Shown: positions 1 through 14,258, counted from the first letter of the stretch. The stretch is 64,000 bases of DNA from Octopus vulgaris (GCA_951406725.2 OX597840.1:31310001-31374000), one strand, 5' to 3'. Numbers and translations are program-made. Notes: generated by a model not told the origin, from the letters alone.

Positions 1-146
1 ACAAGAATTTAAATGAGAGACTCTCCAGCCTGGTCAAGCAGTACCCGAGACAAGGCAAGACAGTCAGGCGATAAATGATAACGGGGGTGATGTACGCAGG
101 TTTTGGTTAGAGTTACCAATTTTGGGGGGAGTGTCACGTTCATTCG

Positions 147-353
147 TACTCTCTTTACTCTCTTTACCTTGTTTCAGTCATTTGACTGCGGCCATGCTGG
201 AGCACCGCCTTTAGTCGAGCAAACTTTAGTCGGGACTTATTCTTTGTAAGCCCAGTACTTATTCTATCGGCCTCATTTTGCCGAACCGCTAAGTGACGGG
301 GACGTAAACACACCAGCATCGGTTGTCAAGCAATGCTAGGGGAACAAACACAG

Positions 354-413
<60 letters not shown>

Positions 414-576
414 GACAGGCTTCTTTCAGTTTCCGTCTACCAAATCCACTCACAAGACATTGGCCGGCCCGGGGCTATAGTAGAAGACACTTGCCCAAGA
501 TGCCACGCAGTGGGACTGAACCCGGAACCATGTGGTTGGTTAGCAATCTACTTACCACACAGCCACTCCTGCGCCT
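147..576 (-). mobile_element. tRNA-derived SINE family A (internal (TA)/(TG) tract, AAAGAGTA-like tail)
   Basis: Minus-strand head aggcgcaggagtggctgtgtggtaag...ggttcagtccc (A/B boxes); many near-identical copies in the window. Confidence 0.85.
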
Positions 577-861
577 ATTTCTGTTTCTTTAATTTTCAGC
601 CTTTCAACCATGACTTAATTTTTTAGATCATCTAGTTCAGTTCGGTCAATTTCTGGGTGACTTTCTTTATCTATTTGATTTTCATCTGCTTTGGTGTTTA
701 CGGTTTGATTTGAACCAGTAGCTGGTTTTTCGTTCCCAGTCTGGTTCCTCACTGGGGTGCGCGACCCTTGTTAATCCGGGTGACGGCCGATCCGGTTTGT
801 ATTTTGCTTTTTTATCATTGAAGCACGACGAGCTTGGACGTTGACATTAGGTGACGGATGT

Positions 862-1261
862 TTACTCTCTCTTTTACTCTTTTACTTGTTTCAGTCATTT
901 GACTGCAGCCATGCTGGAGCACCGCCTTTAGTCGAGCAACTCGACCCCGAGACTTATTCTTTGTAAGCCCAGTACTTATTCTATCGGTCTCTTTTGCCGA
1001 ACCGCTACGTGACGGGGACGTAAACACACCAGCATCGGTTGTCAAGCAATGCTAGGGGGACAAACACAGATACACATACACACACATACATATATACGAC
1101 AGGCTTCTTTCAGTTTCCGTCTACCAAATCCACTACACAAGGCATTGGTCGGCCCGGGGCTATAGTAGAAGACACTTGCCCAAGATGCCACGCAGTGGGA
1201 CTGAACCCGGAACCATGTGGTTCGTAAGCAAGCTACTAACCACACAGCCACTCCTGCGCCT
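862..1261 (-). mobile_element. SINE family A copy; its 5' end is reiterated in a 20-bp tandem repeat extending to ~1301
   Basis: Near-identical to 147-576; tatatggccactcctgcgcc-type repeats follow the head. Confidence 0.85.
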
Positions 1262-1656
1262 ATATGGCCAATCCTGCGCCTATATGGCCACTCCTGCGCC
1301 TATGTCTGCTTAGGGTTAATTTCTTGAGACAACTCCACCTCCACGTTCTCTGAATGAAAACATCGCTCGTAACGTAGCTTCTTAAGGTTAACAGATCTGT
1401 ATTTGTCTGTATTTATTTTGATAGATTTACCTCCGGGCTTAGGTTTTTGTGGTGTTTTTAAATTTATGAATTGTTCACTCTGTCCGTGTTAGTACGAAAA
1501 AAAGAATTACTTTGTTTTTTTCTTTTTTTTGAGTCGTTTGTGACGCGTGCTTTTAAAATGTGTGTATGTGTGTCCTGGAAAATTCACGTAGTTGCGTAAA
1601 CATAGGGATGTATATGTAGTCCTATGGGTATTAAATGTATATATGATTGTGTAGGC

Positions 1657-2131
1657 CAGTGGTTTTCAACCAGGGTTCCGCGGAACCTTAGGGTTCCGCC
1701 AGTACAGTCCAGGGGTTCCGCAAGAAGTTACAAAACTGCTAAAATCGGCAGTAATTTTTAATTCTCCTGTGCAGATATGTGTGCATAAGACTATTAAATT
1801 ATTGCACATGGGTTCCTCGAGCCAGTGGAATGTTTCCTTGGGGTTCCGCAAGAAGTTACAAAACTGCTAAAATCGGCAGTCATTTTTAATTCTCCTGTGC
1901 AGATACGTGTGCATAAGACTATTAAATTATTGTACAGGGGTTCCTCGAGCCAGTGGAATGTTTCCTTGGGGTTCCGCAAGAAGTTACAAAACTGCTAAAA
2001 TCGGCAGTAATTTTTAATTCTCCTGTGCAGATACGTGTGCATAAGACTATTAAATTATTGCACAGGGGTTCCTCGAGCCAGTGGGATGTTTCCTTGGGGT
2101 TCCGCTCCAGCAAAACGTTTGAAAAGCACTG
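1657..2131. mobile_element. hAT (Buster/Charlie-type) MITE with an internal 128-bp triplication
   Basis: TIRs cagtggttttcaa/ttgaaaagcactg; 8-bp TSD gtgtaggc (1649-1656, 2132-2139) with central TA. Confidence 0.85.
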
Positions 2132-2311
2132 GTGTAGGCATTCGAGTGTGTCCGTAATTTATCAATTTACGTAATTACTGTTTTGTTCATACCAACGAGC
2201 AGGAGTGTCGATTTTGTGGTGTTTACATATTTTCCAATGTAAACACTGTCCTTCCCTACCATGGCGATTTTGTATTCGTTTGGTGTCAGCATTGGACATC
2301 CCAAAACGAGA

Positions 2312-2721
2312 TACTCTTTACTCTTTTACTTGTTTCAGTCATTTGACTGCGGCCATGCTGGAGCACCGCCTTTAGTCGATCAAATCGACCCCGGAACTTA
2401 TTCTTTGTAAGCCCAGTACTTATTCTATCGGTCTCTTTTGCCGAACCGCTAAGTGGCGGGGACGTAGACACACCAGCATCGGTTGTCAAGCAATGCTAGG
2501 GGGCAAACACAGACACACAAACACACACACACACACACATATATATATACATATATACGACAGGCTTCTTTCAGTTTCCGTCTACCAAATCCACTTACAA
2601 GGCATTGGTCGGCCCGGGGCTATAGCAGAAGACACTTGCCCAAGATGCCACGCAGTGGGACTGAACCCGGAACCATGTGGTTGGTTAGCAAGCTACTTAC
2701 CACACAGCCACTCCTGCGCCT
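2312..2721 (-). mobile_element. SINE family A copy
   Basis: Near-identical to 147-576. Confidence 0.85.
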
Positions 2722-3152
2722 ATGATGGTCTCTTGTTTCGTCAAATGTATCGCAGAATCTGCATTTAGGGTCAGAACCGTTTTGAAGAACCTTAACCTGG
2801 TGGTTTTTGGTAAGCAAGCTTTGGTCTTGTGCCGTCACTATGAAACCTTCAGTCTCTGCTTTCAGTCGTGAGTTTCTCAGTCGCTGATGGCTGTTTCTCA
2901 GCCACTGGTGGCTATTTACATCACCATTTCGGCTTCGAAGTAAATACTGTCCATGCAGAGGCTTCTGGCCCTAACGCTCCTCAATTTGTTTCTGCTCGGT
3001 AATTTTTGCAGTCTGTTTGACCCGTTCTGCTTGTCTGGTGGCAGTGATTTCAGATTCTTCTAATTCAGGGTTAATGCCAAGTTCCCTTACGAATTTACCA
3101 GCTTCCTTGACAAAAGAATATGATTTTTTGCTGCTTTCGTGTTTGCACACAA
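2722..3152 (-). mobile_element. Decayed R4/Dong-like (RLE) non-LTR retrotransposon fragment (post-RT region and zinc knuckle)
   Basis: Minus-strand peptide KPLHGQY...LKAETEGFIVTAQDQSLLT...PKCRFC...ETRDH with an in-frame stop. Confidence 0.7.
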
Positions 3153-3387
3153 GGGACATGCTCAACTGGTTAAGGTCAAGCAACTGACGAGCAAATCTGT
3201 GGTATTGAGCAGAATATTTGCTGTAGCCCATCTTTTATACCAAGACAAAACAATGTACATGATAACACTTCCAGTCAGTTAAGATCAGAAATCACGAGAG
3301 CCACTGCCTGGTACTGCATTCTTCTTCTTCTTCTTCTTCTTCTTCTTCTTCTTCTTCTTCTTCTTCTTCTTCTTCTTCTTCTTCTTC

Positions 3388-3440
<53 letters not shown>

Positions 3441-3451
3441 TTTTATTATTA

Positions 3452-3783
3452 AGGCGGCGAACTTTACGATCTGAGTTCAAATACCGTTGAAGTCAACTTT
3501 GTCTTTCATCATTTCGGGGTCACTGAAATAAGTACCAGTCAAGCACTGGGGTCAATGTAATCGACTGCGAGCTGGCAGAATCATTAGCACCCTGGACAAA
3601 ATGCTTAGCATTCGCCTGTCGCTACGTTCGGAGTTCAAATTCCGCCGAGGTCGACTTTGCCTTTTTATACTTTCGGATGGTCAATAAAACAAGTACCAGT
3701 TCTGTACTGGGGTTCGATGTAATCGTCCACTACCCCTCCCCCCCAAAAAAAATTGCTGCCCTTGTGGCAAAATTTGAAACCAT
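3452..3783 (+). mobile_element. Two partial copies of tRNA-derived SINE family B between (TTA)n tracts
   Basis: aaggcggcga head, gagttcaaat B-box, gcctttcatcctttcggggtcgat-like central domain. Confidence 0.7.
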
Positions 3784-3787
3784 TACA

Positions 3788-3847
<60 letters not shown>

Positions 3848-4398
3848 GAGTGAGAGAGCAGTTCATGCCATCAAAGTGACACTGGGGTAAAATATACGAA
3901 GCCCAATATACCCATCCTGACTACCCGTCTGATAAGGGTACACCAGGCACATGCATCACAACCATATGTGCGCGGCATGGTGATCTCATATCAAGATAAA
4001 CTGCACATGACCTTGCAGGTGGGGCCCAGTTAGAATTTTCTTCAGGTTGAGTAGCCCATCCCGCTCAAACGGTCCCTGAATAAGGGTTGTTTAAGGATGT
4101 TGAAAAACCCACCCATGTCTCCAGAGGTGAATTATTCAAACCCCAAAGAATCCCTCTCAACACATGGCTATGATGCTCCCCCACTACTTCTGCTCGCGAT
4201 CAGAGATGCACATATCGTCAGCCACTAAGGGACATGCTCAACTGGTTAAGGTCAAACAACTGACAAGCAAATCTGTGGTATTGAGCAGAATATTTGCTGT
4301 AGCCCATCTTTTATACCAAGACAAAACAATGTACATGATAACACTTCCAATCAGTTAAAATCAGAAGCCATGAGAGCCATTGCCTGGTACTGCATCAG
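3848..4398. mobile_element. ~550-bp non-autonomous interspersed element inserted in (TAA)n
   Basis: Full copies at 24151-24705 and 41488-42042 have matching ends, each flanked by TTA repeats; partial copies at 3153-3318 and 53895-54436. Confidence 0.8.
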
Positions 4399-4456
<58 letters not shown>

Positions 4457-4457
<1 letters not shown>

Positions 4458-4645
4458 GGCGGCGAGCTGGCAGAAACGTTAGCACGCCGGGCGAAATGCT
4501 TAGGAGTATTTCGTCTGTCGCTATGTTCTGAGTTCAAATTCCGCCGAGGTCGATAGATTAAGTACCAGTTGCGTACTGGTGTCGATCTAATCGACTGGCC
4601 CCCCCCCGCCCCCAAATTTTCGGGCCTTGTGCCTAGAGTAGAAAA
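4457..4645 (+). mobile_element. SINE family B copy (tail type 1)
   Basis: aaggcggcgagctggcagaaacgttagcacgccgggcg head, B-box, (ATT)n after the tail. Confidence 0.8.
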
Positions 4646-4652
4646 AAAGTTA

Positions 4653-4723
<71 letters not shown>

Positions 4724-4726
<3 letters not shown>

Positions 4727-5400
4727 TAGTTTTATTTTTATAGCGTGCTTTCACTTCACTACCGAGCGCAGCTCTGTGTGCCTTGGGTATGTGCTGTGAT
4801 TTGTTGTGATGCTCTGATGGTTATTGTATTGAAAGTGTTCTGCGTAGGATGTGTGCAGTGCCTAGTAGTGCAATTTTCTGTATGTTATATGTGTTTGTAA
4901 GTCCTGGTGTTTTTGTTATGTATTTGTCTAAATATTTTTTTATCATGCCTAATGCACCTACTATGATAGGAATTGTTTCTGTTTTCAGATTCCACATTCT
5001 AGTTACCTCTATTTCCAGATTTTTGTATTTTGAGAGTTTTTCCATTTCTTTTAGAGACACGTTGTCATCTGCCGGTATTGATACATCAATTAGAAGGCAT
5101 TTTTTTCTTCATGATCTCTGACAACTATATCTGGTCTGTTGGCCTTAATTTCTCTATGTGTGTGTATCGGCATATCCCAGAGTATGGTTGCTTTCTCGTT
5201 TTCTGTGACCTTTTCTGGTGTGTGCCTATACCATCTTTTTTCTGTTGTTATTCCATAATGTTGGCATAGCTTCCAGTGTATGTAGGTTCCAACTCTGTCA
5301 TGTCTGTGAATATATTCCTTCTTGGCCAGGACTGGGCAGTTAGAGATTATATGATTTATTGTTTCTTGTCCATCTCCACATATTCTGCAGTTACTTGTAA
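4724..5400 (-). mobile_element. 5'-truncated R4/Dong-like retrotransposon (CCHC knuckle plus restriction-like endonuclease), frameshifted, inside (TAA)n
   Basis: CRIC..ETINHIISNC, RHDRV, RPDIVV, EKLSKYKNL, IPIIVGALG, LLGTAHILRRTL; both flanks are (TTA)n. Confidence 0.85.
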
Positions 5401-5415
5401 TATTATTATTATTAT

Positions 5416-5467
<52 letters not shown>

Positions 5468-5991
5468 CATTATTATTATTATTATTTACTTACTTATTTA
5501 CCCGCTTTAAAGAAGAAGGGATCGACAATGGCAACAAAAAAAGCGGTCGACTCGTCCCTTTTTTTTTTCCTTTTCTTTAAAAGAAACCAAATAAAAAAAT
5601 CCAAACCTTCGCTGTAGGGCCTCACTATTCCTTATCTATGTTATAACCTGTCAAATATGTCTTTCGCTTCCTTCGCTGGATACAAAAGTTCCCTACAGTT
5701 TAATTTATTTATGTATTTATTCATTTATTTATTTATTATTTTTTTTACTTTATTCTTTATTCTTATACTTTATACTTTATTCTTAGTCACTGTCTCTCAC
5801 ATTTTTTTTTCTATTCTGCTCCACACCTATTCTCCCCACACCTCTCCCTTAATTTTTTTTTTTTATAAAATACTTTTCTCTCCTGTGCTTGTATTTTTTT
5901 ATTAATTTTTTTTTCAGCTACGTTTTTAGCTTCTGGTGTCGCGGTGGGAGTGGATGGTATGTGCGTATACCACAGGATGTATGCATACATG

Positions 5992-6076
<85 letters not shown>

Positions 6077-6467
6077 GTGTGTGTGTGTGTGTGTCGGTGT
6101 GTGGCTGGGTGGTAGGACATTATGGTGGGTGGCTGGATAACTACGATGGTGTGTGTGAGATATAAAAGTACTGCTAACCCAGTAGCTACTACACACTGGT
6201 TCTGTATTCCTCTACTGGCCAGCAAACAGAAGCAGACGGTTTCTTCCATTCGTTCTTTCTTTTTCGTTCGACCCGTTCTGATTCTTGCCTTCTTTTTTTC
6301 TTTCTCCTGACCCCCACGCCGCATCCCCCCCCCCCGATTAATTCTTGCCGTTCGTTGTTCTTGCGGCTAGGGAACTTAATAATTATCAATCAAAAACTTG
6401 GACTATCTGACTTTAATTAATAAGTAATTAACGAGCAGGGTCATCTCGTTAGTGCAAGAAAGCGGTA

Positions 6468-6735
<268 letters not shown>

Positions 6736-6947
6736 AGACCTACGGATGGAGGAGTAGCAGCAACAGCGGCAGTGGCAGGGAAGCAGTAGTAGTAGTAGTA
6801 GCAGCAGTCACAAGCGCTAGAACAGCAGGAAGAATACCGACATCAACATCAACAACATCATCGACATCATCCTCATCGTTATTACCACCACCAGCAGCAT
6901 CACAAACGCCTCCATCACCACTACTACTACTACCATCATCGCCGTCG

Positions 6948-6978
<31 letters not shown>

Positions 6979-7079
6979 TGTCATCATCATCATTATCGCC
7001 ACCATCACCATCACCACGACGGCGACCACGACGGCGACCACCACCATCACCACTTCCACTAAGATGATGATGATGATTC

Positions 7080-7246
7080 ACTGTCTTCCCTTCTCTGGAT
7101 CTTTCCTTCTCCTATGTTTCCGACAAAGAGCTCTGCTCGAAACGTTAAACCCTCCTTCTTTCCTTCTTTCCTGAGCGTCCAATAATTCTATATTTGTTTC
7201 ACGTCCTCGCGTTGTTGTGTTTTTTTGTGCCTTCTTGTTTGGATTA

Positions 7247-7250
<4 letters not shown>
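7080..7250 (+). mobile_element. Short Penelope-like-associated repeat with a minimal hammerhead-like motif (7116-7150), adjacent to (TA)n
   Basis: gttt-CCGACAA-a-gagc-tct-gctc-GAAA-cgtt-aaac. Confidence 0.55.
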
Positions 7251-7338
<88 letters not shown>

Positions 7339-7359
7339 ATGTATGTATGTATGTATATA

Positions 7360-7392
<33 letters not shown>

Positions 7393-7413
7393 ATATATAT
7401 ATATGTATGTATG

Positions 7414-7450
<37 letters not shown>

Positions 7451-7475
7451 GTATATATATATATATGTATGTATG

Positions 7476-7506
<31 letters not shown>

Positions 7507-7507
7507 G

Positions 7508-7544
<37 letters not shown>

Positions 7545-7619
7545 GTATGTATATATATATATGTATGTATGTATATATATATATGTATGTATGTATGTAT
7601 ATATATATATATATGTATG

Positions 7620-7669
<50 letters not shown>

Positions 7670-7690
7670 GTATATATATACACACACACA
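7251..7690. repeat. (TA)n/(TATG)n compound microsatellite
   Basis: Seen directly. Confidence 0.95.
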
Positions 7691-7949
7691 CATGTATGTG
7701 TGTGTATTTGTGTTTGTCCCCCACAACTGCTTTACATCCACTGTTGGTTTGTTTCGCTTCCCGTAACCTAGCGGTTCAGTAAAAAGAGATCAACAGAAGT
7801 ATCGATTTGCTTGACTAAACCTTTGAAGGTATTGCTCCAGCTTGGCCGTAGTCTAACTGTATACACACAGACACACATATATGGGAAGGCGCAATACCAT
7901 GTGGTTAGAGTGTCAAACTGACGATCACGTGATAGTGAGTTCGATTTCT

Positions 7950-9000
7950 TATTTCTTTACTGCCCACAAGGGGCTACACACAAACAAGGACAGACAAACG
8001 GATTAAGTCGATTACATCGAGCCCAGTGCGTAACTGGTACTTAATTTATCGACACCCAAAGGATGAAAGACAAAGTCGACCTCGGCGGAATTTGAACTCA
8101 GAACGTATCGGTAGACGAAATACCTTTTTCTTTACTACCCACAAGGGGCTAAACACAGAGAGGACAAACAAAGACAGACAAACGGATTAAGTCGATTATA
8201 TCGATCCCAGTGCGTAACTGGTACTTAATTTAATCGACCCTGAAAGGATGAAAGGCAAAGTCGGCCTCGGCGGAATTTGAACTCAGAACGTAACGGTAGA
8301 AGAAATACCTATTTCTTTACTACCCACAAGGGGCTAAACACAGAGAGGACAAACAAAGACAGACAAACGGATTAAGTCGATTATATCGACCCCAGTGCGT
8401 AACTGGTACTTAATTTAATCGACCCTGAAAGGATGAAAGGCAAAGTCGGCCTCGGCGGAATTTGAACTCAGAACGTAACGGTAGAAGAAATACCTATTTC
8501 TTTACTACCCACAAGGGGCTAAACACAGAGGGGACAAACAAGGACAGACAAACGGATTAAATCGATTATATCGACCCCAGTGCGTAACTGGTACTTAATT
8601 TATCGACTCCCAAAGGATGAAAGGCAAAGTCGACCGAGGCGGAATTTGAACTCAGAACGTAACAGTAGAAGAAATACCTATTTCTTTACTACCCACAAGG
8701 GGCTAAACACAGAGGGGACAAACAAGGACAGACAAACGGATTAAGTCGATTATATCGACCCCAGTGCGTAACTGGTACTTAATTTAATCGACCCTGAAAG
8801 GATGAAAGGCAAAGTCGGCCTCGGCGGAATTTGAACTCAGAACGTAACGGTAGAAGAAATACCTATTTCTTTACTACCCACAAGGGGCTAAACACAGAGA
8901 GGACAAACAAAGACAGACAAACGGATTAAGTCGATTATATCGACCCCAGTGCGTAACTGGTACTTAATTTAATCGACTCCGAAAGGATGAAAGGCAAAGT
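7950..9000 (-). repeat. Head-to-tail array (~5.7 x ~185 bp) of SINE family B body with tail type 2
   Basis: atttctttactacccacaagggg-like motif recurs at ~7951, 8126, 8311, 8496, 8681 and 8866. Confidence 0.9.
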
Positions 9001-9206
9001 TGATGCACACGATGCATCCCTCGCCTCAGGACTTCAAGACAGATCAAGAAATGAAATGGCAGCGAAACATCAGCACGTCACAGGGTTTAAGAGACAAAAT
9101 CTTGTTACAACACTTTTGCCGCTCTCTCGGTTGCCATTGTAGGTTCCAGGGACAAGAATTACAAGATGACTGTTACTATACTGACTGCAAGTTTTCTTTC
9201 AGAATA

Positions 9207-9710
9207 CCGTAAATCCTCGAGTATAATCCGCATATATTCCCCAAAATTTAAAGGTCAAAATCCCTAGTGCGTACTATATACGAGGTTAAAAATGAAAAAT
9301 ATTTTCTAAGCAATGTCTGAGTCTCTATTTGCTGTCCGGCAATGTTTATTCAGACACATTTTGTGAATTCGGGCGCGAAAATACCTTAAGCTAAGCCTGA
9401 AAGCAATGAAGTCATAAAAGAATCATCCATAACTTGCAGTAAGCAACATTTATTAAACGTTATTTCTTTATTTTCTGCAAACAAAATACACAAAAAAAGC
9501 TACAAGTTTGCATTATGTTATATATACAATAATAATAAAGGATGTTACCGTATACATTTTTACAGACCAAGGACGTTACATAGACCTCCTTGACTCAAGT
9601 TAGAGAAGGGGTACGTATTATACATAAGGTTTAGGTTTTTCAGAGGTACAGCCCCCTAAAAATCCCCTGCGTATTATACTCAAGGGTGGACTATACTCGA
9701 GGGTTTACGG
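9207..9710. mobile_element. Tc1/mariner (pogo-like) MITE
   Basis: TIRs ccgtaaatcctcgagtata/tatactcgagggtttacgg; TA TSD; second copy at 32250-32770. Confidence 0.85.
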
Positions 9711-10104
9711 TAGCTTTCTCCTTGAAGAGCTGCCTTTCCCATGGCTTTGTCAAAAAGAAAACAAACGTGAGCCTTCTCTCCCCACGAGAAATCTACTAAC
9801 CCATGAAGTGGACTCTGACGAGTACTACCGTTCCGGGTGAGAACTAACCCAGGTGTAATGATCATTACGGGGGGACCTCTTCATGCTCACCACGACTCCA
9901 GTGAGTTGGTTAATGTGTATATATAAAACAAAAATTGGCCAAGTAATTAAGAGATCAATTAATTACAAGCTGTTAAGCTCCATTACGTTATTACATTAAA
10001 AATAAACCCAGCTCCAACCAACTTGCTCTCTCTCTCTCCCTCTCCCCCTCTCTCACACACAGAATATGTCTGTCTCTCTGTCTCTCTGTCTATCTATCTT
10101 TGTA

Positions 10105-10310
10105 GTCAATTCAAATAAACAAATAATTCGAAGAAAAGAAAAAGAAAAGCATCGAACGTAAGGCTGTGAACAAGAAGTATATTATTACGAGTAGCTTGGC
10201 GCTTGCTGAAAGGAGAGTATTTAACGTTTCGAGCATTAGCTCTTCGTCGAAAAGGAGAACGTAAGAGTCCAAGGGAGAAGAAATCGCTAACGGACCATTT
10301 GTAGTTACAT
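10105..10310 (-). mobile_element. Short Penelope-like-associated repeat with a minimal hammerhead-like motif (10220-10253)
   Basis: Minus strand: ttt-TCGACGA-a-gagc-taat-gctc-GAAA-cgtt-aaa. Confidence 0.5.
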
Positions 10311-10395
10311 TGCATATAATGTATGTATGTATGTATGTATGTATGTATGTATGTATGTATGTATGTATGTATGTATGTACGTATATATATGTGTG

Positions 10396-10443
<48 letters not shown>

Positions 10444-10584
10444 TAAACAAAGTCAAAATATAAAATAAATTTATTATTATAGCACAGGCCATATATATCA
10501 TATATAAGTACATTAAAAGGCGAAGTATGTATTAGATACACAGAAGCTTGATAAATTTAGTGAAATGAAAACTTTTACTGAATT

Positions 10585-10690
<106 letters not shown>

Positions 10691-10747
10691 CACACACATA
10701 TATATATACATGTGATTATTTATGTGTATGTACATGTGCATTATGTT

Positions 10748-10908
10748 TGTGTGGTAAGTAGCATGCTTACCAACCACATGGTTCCGGGTTCAGTCCCACT
10801 GCGTGGCATCTTGGGCGAGTGTCTTCTACTATAGCCTCGGGCCGACCAAAGCCTTGTGAGTGGATTTGGTAGACGGAAAGTGAAAGAAGCCCGTCGTATA
10901 TATGTATG

Positions 10909-10939
<31 letters not shown>

Positions 10940-11155
10940 ATATGTTTATGTGTCTGCATTCCCCCCCCCCAACATCGCTTGACAACTGATGCTGGTGTGT
11001 TTACGTCACCGTAACTTAGTGGTTCGGCAAAAGAGACCGATAGAATAAGTACTAGGCTGACAAAGAATAAGTCCTGGGGTCGATTTGCTCGACTAAAGGC
11101 GGTGCTCCAGCATGGCCACAGTCAAATGACTGAAACAAGTAAAAGAGTAAAAGAG
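10748..11155 (+). mobile_element. SINE family A copy
   Basis: Reverse-complement match to 147-576. Confidence 0.85.
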
Positions 11156-11499
11156 ATTGTTGTACGGCTGCCGCTGTTGTTATTGTTATTGTTGTTGTTG
11201 CTGCTGCTACTGTTGTTGTTGTTATTATTGTCTTCATTGAAATTGGTATATTAAACGTTGAAAGACGTTCCATCCATGACGATCCTGCTTGTAACAAAGC
11301 CCTTTGTTAGACGCCCAACCCGTTGTCTGTCTGTCTCTCTCTCTCTCCCTCTCTCTCTAACACACACACAATCTCTCTGTCTCTGTCTCTGTCTCTGTCC
11401 TTCTCTCTCTCTCTCACACACAATCTCTCTGTCTCTGTCTCTGTCCCTCTCTCTCTCTCTCTGTCTGTCTTAATCTCAATTTCCTAATTTCCCCCTTCT

Positions 11500-12143
11500 G
11501 ATGATAATAACGCTGACGCGGACGAGGAAGACCGTTAATGATAACGGTATTGACGATAACTATGATGATGGTGATGATAATGATGGTGATGATGATGGTG
11601 GTGTTAATTATGATGATAATGAGAACGACTACGACGACGACGAATACGAAGATAAGGATGAGGATAAGTATGACGATGAGGAACATGGTGATGACGACGA
11701 TCGCGATGATGACGATGATGATGATGAGGATGATGATGATGATGACGACGACGAGGATGATGACGATGATAATAACGATGGCGATGACGACATTGATGAT
11801 GACGATGGCGATGACGATGACGACGACATTGGTGATAATGATGACGATGATGATGATGATGATGATGATGATGACGATGATGACGGTGATGATGATGATG
11901 ATGATGATGGTGGTTAGGGTGATGATGATGGTGAGGGTGGTGATGATGGTGATGATGATGATGATGATGATGATGGTGATGATGATGGTGGTGGTGGTGG
12001 TGATGATGATGATGATGATGATGATGTGGTTAGGGTGATGATGATGGTGAGGGTGGTGGTGGTGGTGATGATGATGATAAAGATAGTGGTGATGGTTAGG
12101 GTGATGATCATGGTGAGGGTGGTGATGATGATGATGATGGTGG

Positions 12144-12174
<31 letters not shown>

Positions 12175-12386
12175 GGTGATGATGGTGGTGATGATGATGA
12201 TGGTGATGATGATGATAATGATGATGATGATGGTGGTGGTGGTGGTGATGACGATGGTGATGATGATGATGACGATGATGATGATGATGATGATGATGAT
12301 GTTAACGACAACGACGTTTACAACGATGATGACAGATGAGGCGAAAATGGCCACGACGACGACGACGACGACGGCGGCGGCAACAC

Positions 12387-12436
<50 letters not shown>
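11500..12436. repeat. Compound (GAT)/(GGT)/(GAC)/(GCT) trinucleotide tract
   Basis: Seen directly; yields only poly-D/poly-M artefact ORFs. Confidence 0.85.
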
Positions 12437-12438
<2 letters not shown>

Positions 12439-13130
12439 TGCTGCTATTTTCATTTGTCTTTGTAAATTTTTTTGTTTTGTTTTGTTTCTGTTTTTTGTTT
12501 TGTTTTTTGCACTATTTAATGCAACAATGGAATTACTTAAGATCGTAACAGTTTTTTTTTCTCTCTCTCTCTCTCTCTCTTTTATTTCTAAATATATATA
12601 AACCTTTAAACGATGCCGTACTAAGAGTATCAAGGCGGGGGGGTTCGGGGCGAAGGGGTGGGGGGCAGGTTAAAAGAGAAAAATGGCTGATATAAAAAAA
12701 GCCGAAAAAAAAACAAAAACAAAAACAAAAAAACCGCAACAACAACAACAACAACAACCTCAAAGAACAAACTAAAAGAAAAAAAAAAAGAAAACAGCAT
12801 AGAAAAAACAACAAAGAGAGCAAATGTCTTTATGAAAATATATATATAACCAAAAATACATAAATAATTAAATAAAATGAAAATAAACAGAAAAGCCACA
12901 CCCTTCTTCATGTTAAAGCATGTTACAAGCCATTGACGGGAGCGGGGAGGTTGGCTGACTGATAGAAGTCTGAAGGAAAAATAAGGTGTATATTGAAACA
13001 AATGTATAAATATATATAGCATTAATATATAAATGCTAATATAAATATATAACTGTTAAGATAAATATATGGACATACATGTAGAAAGAAACGGGGCGTG
13101 GTAATCGGAAACATGCCGAGTTCGTGTGTG

Positions 13131-13197
<67 letters not shown>

Positions 13198-13301
13198 TTA
13201 CCTATCTATCTATTTATCTATCTATTTACCTATCTATCTATTTATCTATCTATTTACCTATCTATCTATCTATCTATCTATCTATTTATCTATCTATTTA
13301 C

Positions 13302-13350
<49 letters not shown>

Positions 13351-13985
13351 AAACGGGAAGGAAGAGCTATTTTCATCATCCTTGTGGCTATGGCGAAAGA
13401 ATGTATCTGGTGGACGCGTCTGAAAGGATTGGAGACAAACACTTTCCTCTCTGGTCAATCTCTCATCAACTTCTTCAAGTACCACTTGAAAAGGAAAGTG
13501 AGAGTAGAGAGGCAAGTTTTGTCTAGCGAATGTTTTAAAAAAAGATGGGTGAATGTAGCAAGAATGGCACGTATGAATGACGAAGCCACCTTGAGCATAG
13601 TCCTATGAACCCAGAAATCGAAAACAGAGAGTTGCTTATTTGCAAAAAAAAAAAAAAAGAAATATAAAATGTGACTTCATTGACCGAGGTTACCGTGGTC
13701 TTTTCCGTAGGCTTTTCTTTCCACGGGTAAACCTCACCTGTCCTCCCCTTTACATGTCATATTGACATTTCTGTGATAACGATCCCTATTGATCATTTTT
13801 TTTTCCTCTCCCCCTTTTTTTTTAACCCCCTTTTTTTTGTCCTCTTTCTCTCCTTTTACGATCCCTTTTGATCGAAACTCCCCCTTCCTTTTTTTTTTTT
13901 TTTTTTTTTTTTAAACCTTCAAAAGAAAAGCTCTACCTTGTAATTTGTTCTATCTGTGTGCAGCCCTGTGTGGCTAATAAAGAAA
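13351..13985 (+). mobile_element. 5'-truncated Tx1/L1-like LINE (ORF2 C-terminus plus 3' UTR) inserted in (TATC)n
   Basis: Peptide [11 protein letters not shown]...FKKRW...* ends at 13608; T-rich UTR ends gccctgtgtggctaataaagaaa; (TCTA)n on both flanks. Confidence 0.6.
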
Positions 13986-13987
13986 CA

Positions 13988-14032
<45 letters not shown>

Positions 14033-14033
14033 G

Positions 14034-14077
<44 letters not shown>

Positions 14078-14177
14078 CCTACCTATCTATTTATCTATCT
14101 ATCTGTCTATCTATCTATCTATCTATCTATTTACCTATCTATCTATTTATCTATCTATTTACCTATCTATCTATCTG

Positions 14178-14258
<81 letters not shown>

